64,000 nt of DNA from positions 5,086,001-5,150,000 of the forward strand of contig NC_086109.1 in assembly GCF_963921235.1 (NCBI RefSeq), in the 5' to 3' direction. This DNA is from Mobula hypostoma. Taxonomy: Eukaryota. A model generated the notes under the pieces. The model had not been told where the DNA came from and did no database searches. It saw only the letters and a program-made list of their open reading frames with translations. The translations under genes were made by a program, and so were the position numbers. This document shows, piece after piece, positions 60,101 to 64,000 of the stretch. Each line of letters opens with the position of its first letter. Positions within the stretch are counted from its first letter, which is position 1.

Positions 60101-62726
60101 ATCCTAGCCTAATCACAGGACAATTCACAGTGACTAATTAACCCACCACAGGTACATCTTTGGACTGTGGGAGGAAACCAGAGCACCCAGAGGAAACCCA
60201 CACGGTCACAGAGAGAACGTACAAACTCCTTACAGACAGCAGTGAGAATCAGTGGTACTGCAAAGCGTACGAACCACTACACTACCGTGCCACTCCAACT
60301 ATAAAAAATCTGATACTGATTCTTTGCACTGTTGTTATCTGACCTGCTGAGTGTTTCCAGTATTTGCCATTTTATTGGTGAACTTGGTCAAGTTATCCAG
60401 ATTTAATGCATTGTGACTTATTAGGCAACACAGGTACCAGGTTGATTAAAGTGTGCGGGTTATTGAGACTGGTTAACATTACTTACCCGCCCATATAATG
60501 TCTTTGCACTGCAGTATTTCTCAGATGCCTGGAGCCCGCACGTCGATGAAGCTTGAAGCTTACTTACTGGTCCGGCGGTTAGATCTCTGAGTTGGGGATA
60601 GCACGCTTGTCTGGAGCAGTCCCCCTGCGCGGATACACAGCAGGCCAATGCTGACAACACAGAAATAACAAATTTACAACACTCCAGCTGTCTGCACGAT
60701 CACTGTGAGATCTTGCTGTGTAGGCATTTGCTGACTTGCCATAGTGAGCACACTCAGGGAATTCTCTGTGTCTGTGAAATACTTTGGGAGATCCAGCAAA
60801 GTCGCGTTAAAAAACAAAGCAAATCTTCCCTTCTGTAAAATAGTCATTGTGTCAACTTGAAGCAACAACACCCTTGAATAATACCAGATTTAATAAGAAC
60901 AAGGGGCAACCTCTTTTACACAGATGGTGCCCCATATTTGAAATTAAGTGCCTGAGGAAGTGGTTGGGCCAGGTATAATACTGACTTGCAAAAGACAGTT
61001 AGACAGGTACATAGAGTCATAGAACAGTACAACACAGAAACAGGCCCTTCGGCCCACTAGTCCGTGCCAAACCATTTAAGTTGCCTAGTCCCATCGACCT
61101 GCCCCATAGCCATAGCCACCCATACCCCTATCATCCAGGAACCGATCCAAACTTTGCTTAAATATTGAAATCGAGCTCGTATGCATCATTTGCACTGGCA
61201 GCTTGTTCTACACACTCACCAACCTTGCAGTGAAGAAGCTTCCCCTCATGTTCCCCTTAAACTTTTCACTTTTCACCCTTAACCCATGACCTCTGGTTGT
61301 AGTCCCACCCAACCTCAGTGGAAAAAGCCTGCTTTCATTTACCCTATCTATACCATTCATAATTTTGTATATCTCTATCAAATCTCTCCTCAATTTTCTA
61401 CTTTCCAAGGAATAAAGTCTTAACCTATTCAATCTTCCCTTATAACTCAGGTCATCCAGTCCCAGCAACATCCTTGTAAATTTTCTCTGTAGTCTTTCAA
61501 TCTTATTTACATTCTTCCTGTAGTTAGGTGACAAAACTGCACACAATACTCCAAAATAGGCCTTAACAATGTCTTGTACATCTTCAGCGTAACATCCCAT
61601 CTCCTGTACTCAGTACTTTGATTTATGAAGGCCAATGTGCCAAAAGCTTTCTTTACGATCCTATCTACCTGTGTCACCACTTTCAATTAATTATGAATCT
61701 GTATTCCCAGATCTCTTTGTTCTACCACACTCCTCAGTGCCCTACCATTCACTGTGTAAGTCCTACCCTGGTTGGTCCTACCAAAGTGCAAAGTGTAAGA
61801 AGATTACTGCCCATTGCTGACAGGATGGGTCATTGTTTTGTCACCAGTATCACAGCCACCTGCCCCATCCCTGGCCGGTCCTTTCTACCTTTGCCTTTCT
61901 ACTGAGTTTCTCCTCGATATGAAACTTCTACTATTCTTGTTCAAATTCAGATTCCTCTTTATGATGGAGAATGCCTGAGATCTCAAACGTCTTCTCACCA
62001 CTCTTTGCTATATTTGTAGTTTAGGAGGAACATTAGTGGTCAGGTGTGGGACCTAGTGGGAGATTCAGTTGATGGATGTCGGTGATAGTTTCAAAGCACC
62101 AGTACTTCAGGTAAGATGCAAGTACGTTCAGAATCAGAATCAGATTCAGGTTTAATATCACTGGCATGTATTGTGAAATTTACTAATTTTGTGGCAGCAG
62201 TTCAATGCAATACATGATAAATATAGGAAAAAAACTGAATTTAGTGTAAGTACATATGTGTACATTAAATAGTTAAATTAATAAGCGGTACAAAAACAGG
62301 AATAAAAAACGTGGTGAGGTAGTGCTTATGGGTTCAATGTCCATTCAGAAATCAGATGGCAGAGAGGAAGAAATTGTTCCTGAATCGCTGATAGTGTGCC
62401 TTCAGGCTCCCGAACCACCTTCCTGATGGTAACAATGAGAACAGGGCATGACCTGGGCGGGGGGGGGGTCTTGAATAATGGACGCCACCTTTCTGAAGCT
62501 GGCACCTATAATGGGACTGACTAATTTTACACCTCTCTTCAAACCAACACATTAGTCAAACTCATTCACTCACAAGTTCCTGAGACATCTTCATTTACAA
62601 GTTGAAGCATAATAAAGGTTTTCAAGAAATAGAATCACAACAGAACAACATATTTAATAACCGGTCTACTGGATACTCAGCGCTTGAACTTTTAAACTCA
62701 CCCAGGCTCAGGATCAGCAGCAACAT
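16353..62726 (-). CDS. LAMB3: Laminin subunit beta-3, complete spliced CDS (22 coding exons, 1168 aa)
   Basis: All exons are GT-AG with consistent phases; summed length 3507 nt. Domains: LN, six LE repeats with no LF/IV domain, CHPCF coiled-coil start, 6-Cys L-beta knob, C-terminal YYRQCTP*. The LE5 pattern ([14 protein letters not shown]) and CQRGYC are beta-3-like. Confidence 0.95.
16603..17075 (-). mobile_element. I-group (Nimb-like) LINE 3' end
   Basis: GH..LN..L..IGKH.TGLCEEC...[10 protein letters not shown] zinc knuckle; (GAA)-rich tail. Confidence 0.65.
18380..18530 (-). CDS. LAMB3: LAMB3 coding exon 21 ([12 protein letters not shown]...MAKIK)
   Basis: CCCCAG acceptor, GTAAGT donor; phase 0-1. 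Confidence 0.92.
18655..19245 (-). mobile_element. Rex1/Babar-type LINE fragment
   Basis: [25 protein letters not shown] in the ORF track. Confidence 0.7.
20986..21024. repeat. (CA)n microsatellite
   Basis: Uninterrupted CA run. Confidence 0.95.
21804..21980 (-). CDS. LAMB3: LAMB3 coding exon 20 ([12 protein letters not shown]...EEAQQ)
   Basis: Coiled coil, phase 0-0; TTTTACAG acceptor, GTAGGT donor. Confidence 0.92.
23439..23580 (-). CDS. LAMB3: LAMB3 coding exon 19 ([17 protein letters not shown]...QDRVRE)
   Basis: 142 nt, phase 2-0; CTGCAG acceptor, GTGAGT donor. Confidence 0.92.
24811..25018 (-). CDS. LAMB3: LAMB3 coding exon 18 ([21 protein letters not shown]...LLNEAQRA)
   Basis: Conserved beta-chain coiled coil; tandem CAGCAG acceptor. 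Confidence 0.93.
25689..26310 (+). mobile_element. Chapaev3-type (CMC) DNA transposon, internally deleted
   Basis: 14-bp TIR CACTGGACAACAAA / TTTGTTGTCCAGTG; transposase remnant KIHFLH..LD / [43 protein letters not shown]. Confidence 0.8.
26979..27123 (-). CDS. LAMB3: LAMB3 coding exon 17 (LEDTEQMAQ...[10 protein letters not shown])
   Basis: Laminin beta LI.QI.DFL motif. Confidence 0.93.
28023..28211 (-). CDS. LAMB3: LAMB3 coding exon 16 ([10 protein letters not shown]...CQG, L-beta knob)
   Basis: Six-Cys L-beta domain; GTAAGC donor. Confidence 0.94.
28792..29000 (-). CDS. LAMB3: LAMB3 coding exon 15 ([13 protein letters not shown]...PDVLPLIHK)
   Basis: Coiled coil; TTCTCAG acceptor, GTAAGG donor. 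Confidence 0.92.
29781..29950 (-). CDS. LAMB3: LAMB3 coding exon 14 ([10 protein letters not shown]...EGSEGNQ)
   Basis: Heptad-rich open frame; phase 2-1. Confidence 0.88.
31298..31895. repeat. GC/CpG-rich minisatellite with 35/36-bp units
   Basis: CCGGGTGACCCTATCACCCCACGGCTCAGACCGTCT and variants, about 15 units. Confidence 0.95.
32505..33005 (-). mobile_element. Penelope-like element remnant with GIY-YIG endonuclease fragment
   Basis: ORF 32803-33003 [17 protein letters not shown]...PVAKQFNS; terminal module at about 32510. Confidence 0.75.
33172..33535 (-). CDS. LAMB3: LAMB3 coding exon 13 (LE6, CHPCF, start of coiled coil)
   Basis: CDCDRHGS...CQRGYC...CKQCHPCF; phase 1-2. Confidence 0.95.
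33699..34023. mobile_element. Degenerate hAT (Charlie/OC1-like ends) non-autonomous element
   Basis: CAGGGATGGTGAACCTATGGCACGTGTGCC left end; degenerate complementary right end. Confidence 0.5.
36449..36557 (-). CDS. LAMB3: LAMB3 coding exon 12 (VTGQCPCR...[14 protein letters not shown])
   Basis: LE5 second half; GTGAGT donor. Confidence 0.93.
38329..38525 (-). CDS. LAMB3: LAMB3 coding exon 11 (CTCNGRGS...[15 protein letters not shown])
   Basis: LE4 and start of LE5. Confidence 0.95.
40363..40518 (-). CDS. LAMB3: LAMB3 coding exon 10 ([25 protein letters not shown]...)
   Basis: LE3; TAG acceptor, GTAAGT donor. Confidence 0.95.
40689..41162. mobile_element. hAT (Blackjack-like) non-autonomous element
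   Basis: TIR TAGGGTTGCCAACT / AGTTGGCAACCCTA; 8-bp TSD TGTGTACA / TGTGTACC; subterminal (C)GGGAC repeats. Confidence 0.85.
41635..41823 (-). CDS. LAMB3: LAMB3 coding exon 9 ([13 protein letters not shown]...[12 protein letters not shown]...)
   Basis: LE2; GTGAGT donor. Confidence 0.96.
42242..42551 (+). mobile_element. tRNA-headed SINE with CORE-like middle, nested in a V-SINE
   Basis: A box TGGCCAAGTGG, B box GTTCGAGCC, GTGTCCTTGAGCAAGGCACTTAACC; 12-bp TSD. Confidence 0.75.
43664..43784 (-). CDS. LAMB3: LAMB3 coding exon 8 ([19 protein letters not shown]...)
   Basis: LE1 second half; GTGAGT donor. Confidence 0.95.
44770..45385 (-). mobile_element. Penelope-like element remnant with hammerhead-core terminal module
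   Basis: Decayed YI.E segment near 45330; CAGTC-CTGATGA-AGGGTCTCAGCCT-GAAA-CATC-GACTG at 44837-44874 (-). Confidence 0.7.
45609..45808 (-). CDS. LAMB3: LAMB3 coding exon 7 ([11 protein letters not shown]...[22 protein letters not shown]...)
   Basis: End of LN and start of LE1; poly-T acceptor, GTAAGC donor. Confidence 0.95.
45909..46182 (+). mobile_element. Related tRNA-headed SINE with a different 3' tail
   Basis: Same head and CORE-like segment as 42242; B box interrupted by about 50 nt of foreign sequence. Confidence 0.65.
48712..48775 (-). CDS. LAMB3: LAMB3 coding exon 6 ([21 protein letters not shown])
   Basis: 64-nt exon; TTCCAG acceptor, GTAAGG donor; phase fits both neighbours. Confidence 0.88.
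49254..49439 (-). CDS. LAMB3: LAMB3 coding exon 5 ([12 protein letters not shown]...[11 protein letters not shown]...)
   Basis: Canonical LN motif; phase 0-0. Confidence 0.95.
51619..51692 (-). CDS. LAMB3: LAMB3 coding exon 4 ([25 protein letters not shown])
   Basis: 74-nt exon with LN IQLD..F.L motif; TTTGCAG acceptor, GTGAGA donor. Confidence 0.93.
52135..52352 (-). mobile_element. CR1 LINE RT C-terminal fragment
   Basis: [38 protein letters not shown]...[12 protein letters not shown]. Confidence 0.85.
52915..52991. mobile_element. 77-bp hAT/Charlie-type MITE
   Basis: TIR CAGGGGTTCCCAACCT / AGGTTGGGAACCCCTG; TSD CGCTAGAG / TGCTAGAG. Related copies near 51948, 57455 and 27520. Confidence 0.85.
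53533..53659 (-). CDS. LAMB3: LAMB3 coding exon 3 ([11 protein letters not shown]...WWQSEN)
   Basis: LN CxxCDSR and WWQS motifs; AG/GT boundaries. Confidence 0.95.
55916..56292 (+). mobile_element. About 380-bp SINE with RTE-like tail (copies also at 19510-19915 -, 36690-37063 -, 37142-37520 +, 26452-26600 +)
   Basis: Five homologous copies in the window; GCAATGGCAAACCACT segment; (GAT)n tail. Confidence 0.7.
59953..60025 (-). pseudogene. tRNA-Arg(TCG)-derived pseudogene with anticodon mutated to TCA
   Basis: GGCCATG TG GCCA AGTAGATA AGGC A TCTGA CTTCAGA TCAGA GGGTC GCAGG TTCAAAT CCTGC TGCGGTT G, 73 nt and colinear with vertebrate tRNA-Arg-TCG. Anticodon and T stems are intact; the acceptor stem is CpG-decayed. 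Confidence 0.75.
60487..60650 (-). CDS. LAMB3: LAMB3 coding exon 2 ([19 protein letters not shown]...ASSTCGL...YGR)
   Basis: LN N-terminal motifs; CAG acceptor, GTAAGT donor. Confidence 0.95.
61010..61790 (-). mobile_element. CR1 LINE 3' fragment
   Basis: ORF 61208-61600 [28 protein letters not shown]...IEIYKIM; many similar fragments occur throughout the window. Confidence 0.85.
62702..62726 (-). CDS. LAMB3: LAMB3 coding exon 1 (MLLLILSL; full exon 62702-62781 includes 5'UTR)
   Basis: Acceptor TTGCAG at 62782; GAGATG start; hydrophobic signal peptide; donor G|GTGAGT, phase 1. Confidence 0.85.
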
Positions 62727-63129
62727 CTCCACACTCAAAGGCAGCTTCTTATTGTTCTTTGACTTCTTCAAAGTATACGCCCTGCAAGAAGAAAAACACA
62801 AAACTATCAGTATTTTTAAAGAAACATTCGGACTTTATTCAAACATTTGGAGAACCATCTGCCAATACAGAATTACTTTAAAACTAAAGTCAACTTTTGC
62901 AACTGAAATCAAAACACAGTCATGTCAGAACGTATGTTCGTGGTTTCAAGTACCGAGCAATCCCATGCTCTTGAACGTTTCCAGATCATTGTAATTTTTC
63001 AATCCAATAAGATAATTCAAGTAAACAGCATTTTGAAATCCATAGATTGGATTTTCCATAATTTATTGGGAAGTGTTTATTCAGAAAAAAAATCTCCCAT
63101 TAATCCCGAAAGTCTGACTGCTACATTAC

Positions 63130-63295
63130 CGATGGTAAAATCTCCTGTCCCAGTGGTTGCCTGTCTTGTGATGTGATCCCACCTGGCGCAGCCCCGTCTC
63201 TGCCTCGACATGTGTGAGCTTCTGTTTTTAACTGACACTCCTGTCTGGGAGTGTCTCAGGTGAGCTGAGTCCGCCGGTGATGAAGGAATGTCTCA
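63130..63295 (-). promoter_or_regulatory. Putative LAMB3 non-coding exon 1 and core promoter
   Basis: Donor G|GTAATG at 63130; TTAAAAA at 63225-63231; E-boxes at 63180-63185 and 63257-63262; ACATTCC (TEAD-type) at 63285-63291; unique non-repeat sequence. Confidence 0.45.
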
Positions 63296-63599
63296 GGATT
63301 ATTCACGCACACGCCCTGTGTTATCCCTGCCCTTGGGTCTAACACTTAAACATTGATCAGATCTCTCCGGTCTTTCCAAAATATTAACTAAATCACGCGT
63401 TCCTTTCCTTTTGTAAGAAAGATAATTAAAACGCTCTAGTATGTTTCGTTGCGTTCATTTTTTTAAAAATTAGCACCAATATTTTCAAGAACTTTTTACA
63501 GTTTATATTTCAGCATTACTATTTCAGTCTTTTGTACATTGGCTGTCAGGCTATATATAGAGATTTTTCTAACTTCTTTACTTCTCTCGAAATGCCTGC

Positions 63600-64000
63600 A
63601 AGAAAATCCCGCCTGGTACGGGGGTGGGGAGAAACATTGCACAGGATCGAAATAAGGGGCAGAGAGTTGTAAACTCAGTCAGCTCCATCGTGGTATCCAG
63701 GACATCTTCAAGGGGCGATGCCTCAGTAAAGGTGGGGACCATCACTCGGGACCCCCACCACCCAGGACATGCCCTCTTCTCAACAGGAAGGAGGTACAGA
63801 AGCTCGAAGGCAGGCACTCAGCGATTCAAGAGCAGCTCCTTCCCCTCTGCTATCAGATTTCTGAATGGACATTGAACCCGTGAACACCACCTCTCTACGT
63901 TCCTTATTTCTATTTTTGCACTGCTTATTTAGTTTGACTGTTTGATAATTCCCATATTTGCATGCATTGCATTGTACTGCTGCCGCAGCGCTAACAAATT
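63600..64000 (+). mobile_element. Rex1/Babar-type LINE 3' fragment
   Basis: DPHHPGHALFS.GRRYRS.KA.TQRFKSS.FPSAIRFLN. Confidence 0.75.

Noticed and set aside
16353..62726. LAMB1/LAMB2/LAMB4 assignment
   Set aside because: There is no LF (domain IV) and only six LE repeats; phases join without missing exons, and the length and CAMK1G neighbour fit beta-3.

Overview
Eukaryotic, intron-rich vertebrate DNA. The repeat content (HE1/V-SINE-like SINEs, CR1, Rex/Babar and Penelope-derived elements) suggests a cartilaginous fish, probably a ray or shark; this is inference. Two convergent genes are present. On +, the last three coding exons of CAMK1G (1-31, 2380-2786, 4895-4985) carry the CaM-binding helix and a C-terminal CaaX (QTGVCLLM*). 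On -, a complete LAMB3 (laminin beta-3) was reconstructed by hand as 22 phase-compatible GT-AG coding exons (62726->16353; 3507 nt, 1168 aa; signal peptide, LN, 6 LE, coiled coil with L-beta knob), plus a probable non-coding exon 1 and promoter near 63130-63290. Introns and the intergenic gap are filled with decayed transposons. Best second-look items: minimal hammerhead-ribozyme motifs in Penelope-derived modules, including a 98-bp insertion with a 15-bp TSD; a tRNA-Arg-derived copy with a UCA (opal) anticodon; a possible CaaX/non-CaaX splice switch in CAMK1G; a Chapaev3 element; an extra Cys in LAMB3 LE6; and long inverted repeat pairs in introns. I see no convincing wholly new biological system. 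Most ORFs in the supplied track are repeat-derived noise.
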